Source of the DNA: Octopus vulgaris
Taxonomy: Eukaryota
Assembly (NCBI GenBank): GCA_951406725.2
Contig: OX597816.1
Coordinates: 141,112,001 to 141,176,000 of the forward strand
Direction: 5' to 3'
DNA length: 64,000 bases
Part shown: in pieces, positions 25,001-39,536 of the stretch
How the letters are laid out: each line of letters begins with the position of its first letter
How positions within the stretch are numbered: the stretch's first letter is position 1
Position numbers and translations under genes: made by a program
Notes under the pieces: model-generated
What the model was told of the DNA's origin: nothing
What the model saw: the letters and a program-made list of their open reading frames with translations, nothing else
Databases searched by the model: none

Positions 25001-28000
25001 AATGAAATACACTGCCCATGTGAAGGCTCACAGCTCAGCGGTTAGAACATTGGGCTCACAATCATGAGGTAGTGAGTTTGATTTCTGGACTGGACTATAT
25101 GTTGTGTTCTTGAGCAAGAAACTTTATTTCATGTTGTTCCACTTCATTCAGCTATAGAAATGAATTGCAACATCACTAGTGCCAAGCAGTATTGGCCTTT
25201 GCCTTTCCTTTGGATAACATTGGTGGCATGGAAAGGAGAAGCTGGTATGCATGGGCGATTGCTGGCCTTCCATAAAAAGCAACCTTGTCCAAACTTGTGC
25301 CTCAGAGGATAATTTTCTAGGTGCAATCCAATAGTCATTAATGACTGAAGGGGGTCTTTACCCTTTAACACTACTGTTGTGGAAGGATTCTGACCACCCC
25401 ACCCAAGTGACTAAAGGTGAACTGTCTCATTGTTGTAAAACAAAGAACTGTGAGCGATTGGCAGTTCGTGTACCTAGCAGTTCACTGTGAGCCTTTGATA
25501 TAGAGTATTGACTCTCAAGTAATAGTAATAGTAGTGCATCATGTATATACTTTATAAAAACTACCCATGTGTTTCAATTCATTTTAGAAAACAATGACAA
25601 ATTTGGAAGGATTTAGTGAAGTAACTTTTGGCCTGGTGCTTGATAAAAGTGGGACTGAATCCAAAGCCATGTGGTTGGGAAGCAAATTTCTTACCATAAC
25701 AAAATAACTGTACTTATAATTATGAAGGAAGACTTTAACCCTTTAGCATTCAGATTATTCTGTCAAATGTAATGCTTATTTATTTTTTTAACCTCCCTCA
25801 ACTGTGCACTGAAGAATAATTTTGGACAGGGAGTTGTGGCAGGATACATGACCAGGCAAGCTTTCGTCTTTTTAGCTGTGCGAGGAGTTGTTGCTGCCTG
25901 CCAGAGTATTTGTTGACTTGCTGCCTGACAAAGCTGTTTGTTTTGTGTTTTGTTTATGGGGTGGTAACTGCTTCTGCTGGCAGGATAAACTTAGTGAGGG
26001 ACTGAATGCTTGGAGAGGAGACTGGCATTGCCAAGCATTTCTAAGGCACACTGAAATGCCATAATAGACACACAAACAAGGCTTTAAAGTATCCTTGATA
26101 ATTAATTACAATATAGTCATACATAATTATATTCTTAATAAAACATATATCAGAAAAGAAGCACACTCTAAAGAATAGAACAGTAATTGTTACAACAAAA
26201 ATTTTTTATATCTAGGACATAGAGTTACCCAAGATTTTGTATCCACAAAGCCAAAGTCTTGTGGACAGTTCGTCAAACTCTATACAAAGACAAAATTTTT
26301 TAATTTCTCCATTACGGACATGAGGAAGCACTCAGAAATCGAGAAATACATCTTAACAAAGAACATTAATGGGGACAGGTTAAACCAGAGGATAAAACAA
26401 CCCTTATAGACCCAGAAAGGCCTAACCAGCAAACTGGGTGATCCAATTTCCCAGTAGATAGCGCTTCAAGTGGATACATTTAAAAAACACTTTTTTAATA
26501 TTATTTAATGCACCTGGTTTCATATAGTCCTTAAGAATTTTGGCTCTCTCCACAATAAAGATCTTGCAACAGCCACTTCCATTAATATATGGGCCTGGAT
26601 GATCAATTATTTTCCACCTGATATCACACAGGTTCCCTTGATCATTGAGGCGCTACAACTGGCAGGCCAGGGATGTAACAAACTGTCTTTCTAGGACTCT
26701 GAAGGATGACTAATGGTTAAGAAGATATCATTTGAAAGAAGTACTGACAGATCAAACAGATTTACAAGCATGGAATGAGGCCATATTCGCACTCTTGGTA
26801 ACATATGGTGCAGGGCCGGTCATCCCATTGGTGTCGAAGATAATTATATGGTCATCATCTGTAGTGGTGGTACTGGAAATGCTGGATACTCCCTCCATAT
26901 CGCTGATCCTGGATTGGTCATCATCTCTAGGTGTGGCAATTGTACTGGTGGTAACCTATATTGCAGACCTGGTCACTCTATCTGTGTCTATGGTTTGTTC
27001 ATTATCTGCAGTGGTGGTGCCGGGGTTGTCGGTGATGCCCTCTATGATGCTGGTCCTGGACTGGGCGTGACAATTGTACTGGCACGAGATCTGGTTAATC
27101 TGCTAATATTGCTGTTGGATGGTACATTACTGTTAATGTGGATAGCAAGTCTAGGTATCACTGTAGCATCATAAATGACCCCTTCAGCCTTGCATCAGAC
27201 CCCTACTGAACAGTTATTATATACCTTGCAAGAGCAACCTGCCTCCTCTATATTGTGGGTACTTGTTAAAATGTTTTTTATGTTAGGTGCACAACTAAAG
27301 GAGACTCTTAGGCTGTGTCTGTTAAATAAATGCCTGTATCATGTGTGTGTGTGAAACGTTTGTCTATCAATCTAAGGAAAATCTTTCCCACACAAATCTT
27401 GACGTCGAGTGAGAAGGGTGGACCAAACCAAACGACATTTCTGCAGTGCTTCCTTGTCCAGGTGCTAGGGCCAGGCATTTAGGAGATGCAGTCCTTAAAC
27501 CCACTCGATGCCAGTATCTCATTGTAGTAGGGGGCAGTGGCATTGAAGAAATCTTGCCTCGAGGATAAATTTGAGATCCTCTTGCTTGCACCTTTCACTA
27601 GGTTCTTGAAAACTATAGGAGGATGGCAGGAGGCAGAGCTAATATAAGACAGCCTCTCATTTGGCTTGTGATGGGGCCTGTATGTACCAGAGCCCAGATC
27701 TAAAGTAACATTTAAGAAATCTACTATAGTGAGATTAATCTCAATGTTGATCTTGAGACCCTTTGAGCCTGAGGTGCTAATTAGGTCCTTTCTAAGCCTA
27801 TCTAATGTGTGGCTGTTGGCTTCTCTAGAGATGGCTAGGGCATCATCTCTGTAGAAGTTGAAGAGGACCAAAGGAAACCGCTTCTTTAAGATGTCCAATC
27901 TGATAAGATCACAGACATTGGCACTGTCATATGCTCCCATAGCTATATCAAAGGAGCCCTTGGGACTAGATTGCTTGACCCAAGTCGAATCTTTGCCGAA

Positions 28001-30931
28001 CTGCACCGTCTTCCTAGCATGCATGATAACTCTAACATCATTATCACTAACATCTGTTAAGCCCTTGGCAAAGGAAAGTACTTTCAACAATAACTCTTTA
28101 GAAATAGACGGATAAAAGTCGACAATGTCGAACTGTGTAAATCTATCCCTGCCTCTGTCCCAGTTGGCAATAAACTATGAGGCTACCTCATTGGTGCTGT
28201 GCCATAGAAGGAGGCTCATGTGTCTTCTTATGTTGTCATTTATCTTCCTCAGTATATACTTACTCACCTGACCAATCGTGGACTTGGCTGGGTTGATCAG
28301 GCGGCATTTGGAGTTAGAGGCAAAATTTGGCTTGTGGTCTTTCGAAGTTATAAAGGCATTTCTCTTGGCCAAGATCTCTACTCTGTCTGCTATACCAAGG
28401 TTAATTGCTATCTGTTTAGCCTCACAGTTGATGTTATTGTAAGTGTGTGAGGAAGCACATCTGTATTTTTGTGTGACTGAACCATTTAAAAGCCTATCGT
28501 AAGTGTATGTATCTATCATGTATAAGCTCTTGGTCTTATCCGAGAAGATTAAGGACCTGTCAAAGTTTCTTATTTTTTGTATATCTTCATGGAGTTTGCT
28601 TTGAAAAGGGAAAAAGGACTTACGGAATTTCAGCCTAGGTATTATGCCTAGGTCTGCTTTGAAAGCCTTGTGTTCCTTGACTCAAAGTAGCAACTTCCGA
28701 GACTTGATACCGTATGTATTGGCCTCAGAGGGTGGTGTGCTTTGATCAAAGACAAAAAAACCTTCCATCTCATGTGCTTTATAAGGTCTATCATTTTCTC
28801 CAGTAACATTTTTGTGTAGAGCTCATTAGAAGGTATTAGGATAAGTATATGTATTTGTTTTGCAAGATTCTTGATGTGAAATTATGTGTTGAAACAGATA
28901 TTGTTATACTTGGATGTGGTCATTTTTTGCCAGTTAAACGCAAGCACTAGATGTTTGAGCTTTACTTAAGCTTTATTATTAATATTATTTTTGTTTCTTT
29001 GTCAACGATTTTTCGTCACACATCCTATGACCGCTTCAACGACTCTTTATCCCACATGTCTCCTTTTATTCACCTTAGTCCAGAGAAAGACAAAATGGAC
29101 TAAGTAAAACAAGAGGTAACAGAATGCATGATGAAAGAACTTTGACAAAGAAGAAATAATAATAATAATACCCGCAGTACGGGTATAAAATGTTTGATAA
29201 AAATATAAATCATCTCATTTACATGGATGATTTAAGGCTTTTTGCAAAAAATGACCAACAACTCAAGGGCTTACTAGCGATAGTCAAACAATTCAGTGAC
29301 GACATCAGAATGCAATTCGGCCTCGATAAATGTGCAAAAGCTACCTTTATCAAAGGAAAAATGACAGAAACATCTAACGTTAACCTTGACCAGCAGAATG
29401 TCATAAATTACCTAGGGGTAATTGAAGGGAACGGAATAAGGCATTCAGAGATGAAGGAAAGGATCAGGAGAGAATGCTATCGAAGAGTGAGAGCAATACT
29501 CAAGACAGAGCTGAATGCAAGAAACAGGATCGAAGCGATCAATGCATTAGCCATACCAGTCGTGACTTACAGTTTCAATATCGTTAACTGGTCAATTACT
29601 GAAATATGTCAGCTCGACAGAAAAATAAGAAAACTGTTGACAATGCATAGAATGCTCCACCCTAAGGCAGATACAGAACGACTTTATCTGCCAAGAAAAA
29701 AGGGAGGCTGTGGTCTTTTGCAACTGGCAATAACAATGAAGATTGCTACAATTGGCCTAGACACCTACCTGAAAAAGTCTGAGGACTGGATGTTAAAACT
29801 TGTCTCAAAACATGAAAACAAGAAAGCATCATACTCAGTAACAAAACAGGCAAAGGAATATCTAAGTGAATTCCGAATACAACCAATTTCGGAATTAGAG
29901 ATAGACATACAAGAAACAAGCACAGAAAAAGCTAGGCGCATGAAAACCCGTGCCAAAACTGCGGCCTTAGATATTCTGAATAATAAATGGCAAGAAAAAC
30001 CTCTCTATGGCAAATACCCAAAGAGAGCGAATAATGCAGATATTGACAAAGCCCTGACCCATCAATGGCTAATGGCCTCTGGATTAAAATCTGAAACAGA
30101 GGGGTTTATCATAGCAGCTCAAGATCAATGCTTACCAACAAGAAACTACCAGGCCAAAATATTAAAGAACGGCAGTAGCCCAACATGTCGTGTATGCCGA
30201 CAACAAAATGAAACCATTGATCATGTTGTCTCCAAATGCAGTCTTCTAGCGCCTACAGAGTACCTCAACAGGCATGACAGAGCTGCACAATATATTCACT
30301 GGGTAATTTGCAAAAACCTGGATTTGCCCCATGAAAAAATCTGGTGGGATCACAATCCACCTCCAGTGCTTGAAAATGACCACATCTCACTCCTCTGGAA
30401 CTTCACCATTCAAACTGACAGAAAGATAGATGCAAATAGGCCAGACATCATATTGAAAGACTTCAGACAAAGAACAGTGCCTCCTCATTGATATGACTGT
30501 CCCAATCGATATAAACGTATCTGTCAAGACCTACCAAAAACTGAGCAAATATAAAGATCTTGAAATAGAAATCAGCAAAATGTGGAAGCTGAAGACTAAA
30601 ACAATACCTGTTGTCATAAGTGCCCTGGGAATGATAGCGAAAGGGGCTGATTGCTACCTAACTCAGATACCAGGAAACCCCAAAATGGCAGAAATTCAAA
30701 AGATAGTGCTCATGGGAACTGCTCATATCCTACGCAAAATACTCTCTATGTAATCCCAAGGTTTAAAACAAACTTTTTTTTTTTTTATGTATTAGACATT
30801 CACTAGTACAACACCAAAAAAAAACCCAAATATATGGCACACTAGGCATAACAACAATGTGAACTTCCAACCTGTTGTCTCTGGGTGAGACTTGGAGCCA
30901 ACTTGTACAGACATAAAGCACAAGTCAAACA

Positions 30932-31015
<84 letters not shown>

Positions 31016-34000
31016 TAATAATAATAATAATAATAATAATAAAGCTGAAATAAAGATCAAACATGTAGTGTTTGTACTTAACTGGCAAAATATGACCATG
31101 CCCAAGTATAACAATAACTATATATATATATGATGTGCATAGTATTTACCTGAAAACTGGTGAAGAGGTTACACATGACTTAGGTGTAGAAGAGAGAGGT
31201 GGAGTCTGAAAAGTAAGACAACATATTCAAATTAATATTAGAACTATGAAAAAAAAACACTTTACATAACAAGTTTTGTATTTATTTTTTTTAATATTTT
31301 ACACACACATATGGTGGACAGGAGGGTCCACCGTGTATGTGTGTGTGTAAGGTAAAACTTCATCAGGACTGGTTTGATGACAATGACATGGTTGTACTGG
31401 CACTGTTGGATGATAAGAGAAAGGCCTACACTGATTAGCAGAACCACCCAAACTACCCCTCACAGCATGACAGGTACAGAGACTGTCAAGCCAGAGCCCA
31501 GAAAGAGCTTCACAGCAAGCAAGCAGATGGTGGAAGCAGGAAGTTGAAGAAGAGCAGCTCAATGTCAACACCAACAAGTCCAAGATGCTGTACAGTACCA
31601 TCAAGGCCATCTATGACCCTTCCAGAAGTGGAACAACCACACCCTGACATCCACCAATGGCACAACCATCATCAAAGACAAAGAAGGGTTCAGGGCAAGG
31701 TGTAAGGAATACTTCAACTAACTCCTAAAGTGGCCATCCACTGTCAACACCTCAGAAGCCTCTATTCAAGAACCATGACCTGCTGCATAGTGTAAATGAG
31801 GTCAAGACTGCCATAAAAGAAACAAACTGTGGCAAAACTCTCCTTCATCCCATCTCTCTCCTCATGTTCATTTCTCTTCTCTCTTACACACTTTCTTGCT
31901 CATATGCCCTCCCTCTCTATTTATATATATAATCTATATATCTTCCCATCTCTCCTTACCTCTTTCACTCTTTCCTTTTATTAGTTTCTTACCTCCTTCA
32001 CTCCAACTTTCAGTTTCTACCTACTGTGACCTATAACAAACTGTCAGCATTGTAAGCAAGGATTGAAAACCTACAGCAGGAAGATATGATCTCAGCAAGC
32101 CACAAGGAGAAGCATAACTCCAAATAAATACTTGCATAGAAGAGACTATAAACCTGTCCAGGAGAGCAGTAACTCAGTAAGGTGACACTTTAATCCAAAC
32201 AGATAACATCACTAGTATAAGTGGAACAATAAAACACACCTGTTTATGTAGTAAAGTGATTGGCATTATGATAAGCAACCAATGAGTAAATCCATGCCAA
32301 AATCGCAGTAAATACAAATAAAATGAAATTCCTTAATTGCATATATTGGACTATGTAATGGGTTGGTCAAGTGGACCTATCTGAGTATATGTGAGAACCC
32401 CTTGACTGTCAGTGAGTAATAGCAAACTTACTTTAGGGTGTAGAGTTCAAATAACCTACATACCACAGGATATCCGCCTTGCTTAGTGAAGTGAAAAAAA
32501 AATTAAATTTTATAATTATCAATGTTGGTATAATGAAAAATAGATCTATAAAAAGTATAGTGATGCAAGAGAGGAGAGATGTGTTCATATGTACTTTGCA
32601 CAAGAGTTGAATGGAGAGGAGACTCTACAAGACACCTCACAGGCAGAGAACATAGGTACACAGTCTTCTAAGTAATAATGCTGTTGATGCTTGAGTAAGC
32701 ATACTGTTGATGGAGAAATGGATAGATAAATTAACGTACTAAGAATATGCAACAGAATAATGCTTGGACTAATCATAGACAATGCAACTGCAGCTGTTAT
32801 CTCTACTGATGCACCACAATCAAAACTGACTGATGAACAAAAGGACTGTTTTTGTGATCATCTCAGGAGCAGTTACTAAAATAGATATGTTGGGAAGTAT
32901 CATGATGGCTACTCAGGAGTACATAAGGAGAAACCAAGGCTTCTAAAAGTTTGTGTTCCAAATGAACTATCTGCAACACTAAAATAGACTGATCAGTTAC
33001 CTGATTACCTACTAAACAAATAAATACATAAAGTTAACAGAGTGCATATTCATCATGAAGTTGTACTACTCAACATTCAGAAAAATGTATCATTCAATAT
33101 AGACGAGTGATTGGTGACATCAGAATAAGAAACAATTAGACTAAATTAAGACAATCTGGAGAAGGAAAATACCAAAACTAGAACATCCTTCTGATGTTTT
33201 AGGTGACACATGATGAGAAGGAGGCAGGAGAGATTCAAAACATACAAAACAACTGTTAGTTTTCAATGAGATAATTTAAAGTGGTCACAGATAAGATCTG
33301 TGGTTGAAACAAAATACCAAAGCAACATGGTAGTGGAATGGTAGTGTAGATCGGGTCCTTTATCTGTACTACTATTCCATTATAAAGGTCTAGAAAATAG
33401 GGAGAAAATAGAGAATTAAGAACAATATCAAGGTTTACACAGCAATAGAGAGAAGCTGAAAGCAAGAGGCCTACCAATGTTCTGTGATACCAGGGTCAGA
33501 AGCATGAAGTGTTCCAAATTGCAAAGCAGTGTATCAGTGTAAATCAAGACAGTGGGCAAAAATGTTTAAAATGACAGAGGTACACAACTATTACCAACAT
33601 TGAGAACAAGACTGGAAATGATATTATGAGGGTTGCTGAATATCAAGAATGTATGGGCAGAAGGATTACCTCCAAGTAGACTTTACAGAGAACTTGGCTA
33701 TTTAAATTGATAGTTATATGGGCAAAATGACCATTAAGGATATGGAAGCAGGTAAAGTTGATGGATCATCAGCAGCGATGCCGAAAATATCCAATGAAGT
33801 AAGGCTCAATCAAGCTAGTCACTTGCACAGTTAACCAGGTTGTATCGGGAAGTGTTATATCCAATGACTGGAACAATATCCTGCAAAGGTACTAAACTAA
33901 TGGATTAAGTGACAAAAGCAAGAGTTTAGCACAACTGACTGGAAAGAGATTTAGCTGAGATGAGACACAGTTTAGGTTTGTACCAGGCCAGGATATTACT

Positions 34001-37000
34001 GGTACCCACTTCCTGCTGAGACAACTGAAAGAGAAATTCAGAGCTAAGAGTAAACCACTCTACCTAGCAACTGTTGATCTGGAGAAGGTTTTTAACAGGA
34101 TATCATGCTCTACAGACTGGTGGAAACAATGAAAATTAAGCATAAATGAATGACTTTTGAAAGCAGTGAAAGCTATGAACAGCAATGCAGCCTACATCAA
34201 TGCAGTCTATATCAAGGTTCAGATCACAAATTGCTCCTGTTTATTATACTTCACCAGGCCATTAAAGGAGTCTAAGATCAGCTGTGTGTAGAAACTAATA
34301 TATGCTGATGACCTAGTACTTATAATAGAATCTTATGACAGATTTACAGAAGAAATTTTAGACTTGGAAACAAAACCAAGGAACAAGAGGCCTGAAAGTG
34401 AGTTTTAGCAAATAAGAGATAAGTCAGGACTGTTGACATCTGGAAAATGGTCATATCAGATATGCAGAGTAGATAGAAATTGCATACTGTGTACACAGTG
34501 GAAACTATGAATGCTAAAGAGGTGTTGTGGGATTGCAGAAGGCTAACAAAGAAGATAAACTTTGTATGTGGTAGATACAGAAGATTAGTTAGTAGCAAAT
34601 TCCTTAAAATGTTCAGAAGGCCATCAAGATGTAGTTTGTAGATTGTATTAATTGAGTGACCAAATCAGTAGCTGAGTATTCTGAAAATATATTGGTCAGG
34701 ACAATAACAGTGGGTAAAGAGCAGAAAGTTATTACTTATGCTGGCAATAAAGAGATTCTATCACTGAAGGGTAGACTGATGTACAAAGCGTGATGTTGCA
34801 TGGCAGTAAGACATAAAGATTGAATGCAGAGGATGTGCAAAGGCTGGAAACAAATAAAGCGAACATATTCTGCTGGATATGTAATGTTAGTATGCATGAA
34901 GAAACAAGCAGAGGAGAGTTCAGAGCAAAGGTATGTACAAGAATGTTGTGAACTATAATATTCTATCGTTAATTCCTCTCTACAATAGTAAATAGTAGAT
35001 ACAAAAACAAATATAGAAATCATATTTTGTATTGAGTATGGAAGTGCAGTGCAGTGTTGAATGATGTTGATGTTGATGAATGTTGTCTTTACTTAATATA
35101 AAACAACGCATCTTAATCGTTGGGCAGCCATGATTAACAGATCAGAAGGCAAGCTGAACAAAGTTTGAATAAAAGCCTTCTTTTGAATTGGTTTACAATT
35201 TTATTCAAACTTTGACTAAATGGATGCCAAAGTGTTCAAGAGGACTCTACCAGGTGACCTAACCGAGGAAGATTACATTTACTGGAAACGAATGCTACAC
35301 ATCTACATAGCAAAAGCAAAAGTTCCAGATAAATCCAAACTGGAAGTACTCTTAGTCCTCTGCAGAACAAAGACCTAACCCATTTCAAAGAATCCAAAAC
35401 CTTCGAGGCAGCAATAGAATGCCTGGGCTTCATGTTTATAAAGCAAGGTTCAGCCATAATGATGCGTCATGAGCCACAAACTCACAAACAAAAGGAAAAC
35501 AAGTCTATAGGAGAATTTATGTCAAGCCTTCAGGCACTGACCAAGAAGTGCAAAATCCAAGCCCTAACTGCAGACCATTACCATGCAAACCATTACTGAG
35601 GAATTCTAACTGGTGATGCCCTTGTGGCTGGGCTTCTATCACCATCAGTCATACAAAAACTTCTTGAGACATTAGACAACAGCTTAGAAATGCTCCATAA
35701 ACTTGCTCAAACCATAAAACTGAGACCGGGATGAATTATCAAGACCCCTTCCTATCTAAAAGACCATACGTTTTAAATGCATCGTGACTATAATGTTCTA
35801 TGATTAATTCCTTTCTACAATAGTAAATAGTAGATAAAAATAATAGAAATCATACTTTGTATGAGTATGAAAGTGTGGTACAGTGTTGAATGACACTGAT
35901 GGGTGGATGCTATCTTTACCTAACATAAAACAATGTGTCTTAATCGTTGGGCAGCTAAAATTAATAGATCAGACAGTGAGCTGAACAAAGTTTGAATAAA
36001 AGTTTTCTTTTGAATTGGTTTACAACAAAGAGGAATCAAAAGCCACATGCAAGAGACACAGTAGTGCAGGTATAGATATGTAATTTATAAGGATAATGGC
36101 TGTTAAGTAAAGGAAGAGACAGAATATCCCAAGAGGAAAGGAACTGCAGAAGAAGACTAAGGAAGACATGCATAGGAAGAGGTAAAAGTCGGTGATGCAG
36201 ACACAAGAACATATACCTATAAGAAATAAACTCACAAAGAAATAAATTCAAAGTATATATTTAACAGAATTAATAAAATACATATTTTGAGAAAATTTGA
36301 ACTTGAATCATCTAATTTTCTATATTAACTTTCACATATATTTTCCAAAAAGTTCTGCACAAATAAATATATAGACAGACACACATGAATGCATACATAC
36401 ACACATATACACGTTTTCTCTCTAACAATCACAAACAAGAACATGCATACATTAAGATTAAAATTTCAATGACATAAACACAAAAATGCACATCTACATT
36501 CAGACACAGACTTACAAATAGACTATGCAAAAAACAATTTTCACCTCTTATTCATTACTATCTTCTTGACTTCAAAAATAATTTTATAAAATCATCCTTG
36601 TAATTCCCCTACTCAACCAACTATCCCACACTTTCATCTTATATACACATTTACAAGGAATGTAGCAGTGAGAAGTGATTGACTGACCTGTGTGGAAAGG
36701 CAATAATTGACTTGGTCTATGGCAAGCTGCCTAACCCATGCCAATATGGAAATTGCATGTAAAATATGATAATGAGGGTGATTAAACACACACACACGCA
36801 AGGAAGTATGTATGTCATTATTCAGTTTTATTTCAAGATTTCTTGCCAATAGCAAAAGAGCTGGTTTCTAACCTAGATCCAAGGCTCCTTCACTGGAATT
36901 TCAACATCAACAACAGGGTATTTTTGTATGTATGTACATGTGCAGATTCGTTTTGTTTTATGTATATATTCTCATGCATATAGTTGCATATCTAGACATG

Positions 37001-39467
37001 CTCATATATACTTAAATGATAAACTTTTGAAAAGTTAACAGATTCTTACAGTTCCAGTGAAGGATTGGATCTACGGCCTTTGAATTAGCTTTTTCCTTTC
37101 TGGTTTTGAGAAGCCTAATTTCTTGTGTGTCTGTATGTATGTACATATATAAGTATATACTTGTGCAAATTAACATGTATGGCATACAACCATGAAAGGT
37201 AAGGTCAACCTCAGCGGAATTTGAACTCAGAATGTAAAGGCAAATGAAATGCCACTAAGCATCTTGCCAAGCGTGCAAATGATTCTACAAGCTCTCCACC
37301 TTATGCACACTACAGATAATACATGCACATACAGACAGACTATTTACTTAGAGAAAATACTTAACTCACACTCAGAACCTTGTGATTGCAAAGCAAAATT
37401 CCATACCATTCAGCAATTCTGCACACACACACACACACTAACAGACACACTATATACTTACAGAAGATACTAAATTGAGGCACACAGGGAAGAATTACCA
37501 GACATGTTGTGTTAAAGTCACCATACAGACGCATGAGGTTTTCAGATTATATCTCTTACCTTTTTAGTTTAACTGAATCAAGACACATCATCACAGTTAA
37601 ATCCTGTTGGCAGCCCCCATTAAAACTGAATTACTTCCAAGATTTGAAAAAAAAAAACGCCATCTTTCAAACAAACACAAAGATGAAAGAGATAATGCAG
37701 CAAGCAAGCTTCATAGAATACAAGTGAGACTCCCATTCTGAGTAAACCCCACCCACCCCACTGTTCAGGCAGGCGGTGAATGCACAAGATAACAGTACAA
37801 TGTAGTTCAAAGACTGTGAGGTTAAGACATTGAACGACTGGTAACAGAGGATGTGTTTTTTTGTGTTTTTTGTGTTTTTTTGTGTTGTATGACTGCACAA
37901 AAAAAGCCATGTCTCTGTCCCAGTCACGTTCTTTAAATACATACATATATATGTATTTAAGTACACACACACACACACATATATATATACACATTATATA
38001 GGGTGTCCATAAATTTCAGAAAAAGAAAAATAAGAATAACTCACCAGGTTTTCAACCAATGGAGGCCAGGTGGAAATGTTCTGATGTTTCTAATAAAACT
38101 TATTTTCCAATAAACTGTATGAGTTATCTTTATTTTTGTTTTTCTGAATTTTTCATATTGTAAAGTTATTTATGGACACCCTATGTGTATGTATATATAT
38201 ACTCTCTCTATTTCACTCACAGAGATATATATAAACATACATTATATATTCATATACACAAATACATACTGACTGTCTGACACTCCATTGGTTATGACAA
38301 TGAGTGTTCCAGTTGAGCCTATCAACGGAAAAAACTTGCTTGGGAAATTAACATGCAAGTGGCTGAGCAATCTACAGACATGTGTACCCTTAACGTAGTT
38401 CCCAGGGAGATTCAGCACGACACAGAATGTGACAAAGCTGGCCCTTTGAAATAGAGGTACTACTCATTTTTGCCAGCTGAGTTGACATATACACACACAC
38501 ACACATATATACACAAAATACATGCATACAGCATGCATACATAATGAACAAATAACTGTGAAATGAATTTACTCACTGTTTGTTTGTTAGGTTCAAACTG
38601 TAAAATATATGTCTTCATAGTTGGTAGGTAGACATTATTATAAAAACCAACAATTGAATCCGTTCTGCCATCTTGGATTAATATCACTTTAAATATCTGG
38701 AGAGTGGAAAGAGAGATATCAAGAATTAGATGAAGAAATATGAATATCAACTGAGAAATAACTGGAGAAATCATCTGGGGATAGGGGTAAAAAGAGAGAA
38801 ATTTTTTTAAAGCACTAAAGTAACAGATTATGTGTTTGTGAAGACCCCACCCCCATCCATCTCAGCAAAATCACAGTTCTGTCAAGCCTTCTCCAATGAC
38901 TCATCTTCTAACATGCATCCCTCCCTAATCCCTCAGGTCTGTAAATGCTACCACTTATCACCCTACACTTCACATCGTATCCCTACTATTGTCCATTGTA
39001 ACCTTCTCTCCCTCCTTAACTCACTCCTATTTTCTTCCTACACTTCTCCTCCCCCAAACTGATATTCACTATGTTAACTCAATCCCTATCTTTAATCATG
39101 CACTTACTCACCCACGTTTCTGTTCTATCCCAAATGCTTCTCAACTGGGGTTCATACGGCCCATGGGAGTCCATATAAGATTTTGTTACTAAAATTTATC
39201 TGGTCTTACTACTACAATCTTTTATTTTTCTTTTACTTTTATCTGTTTCAATCATTTGACTGCAGCCATGCTGGGGCACAGCCTTGAAGGGTTTTTTTAG
39301 CCAAACAAATTAACCCCAGGACTTACTTCTTAAGCCTAGTACTTATTCTACCAGTCCCTTTTGCTGAACCACTAAATTATGGGGACATAAACACATCAAC
39401 ACCAGTTGTCAAGCAGTGATGGGAGGGCGGGAGGCAGAGATATAGACACAATGATACACACACAAAA

Positions 39468-39536
<69 letters not shown>

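Noticed and set aside
26732-27174. Two plus-strand ORFs of 108-112 aa
   Set aside because: Antisense shadows of the repeat insert in the Penelope-like element
27195-27197. In-frame TGA beside the Cys cluster of the Penelope-like element as possible selenocysteine (reported for some Naiad elements)
   Set aside because: It precedes an intact TGC rather than replacing a conserved Cys, and this copy has many other stops. CGA>TGA decay is simpler.
30792-31133. Poly-Ile/Asn/Leu ORFs
   Set aside because: Translations of the (ATT)/(AAT) microsatellite
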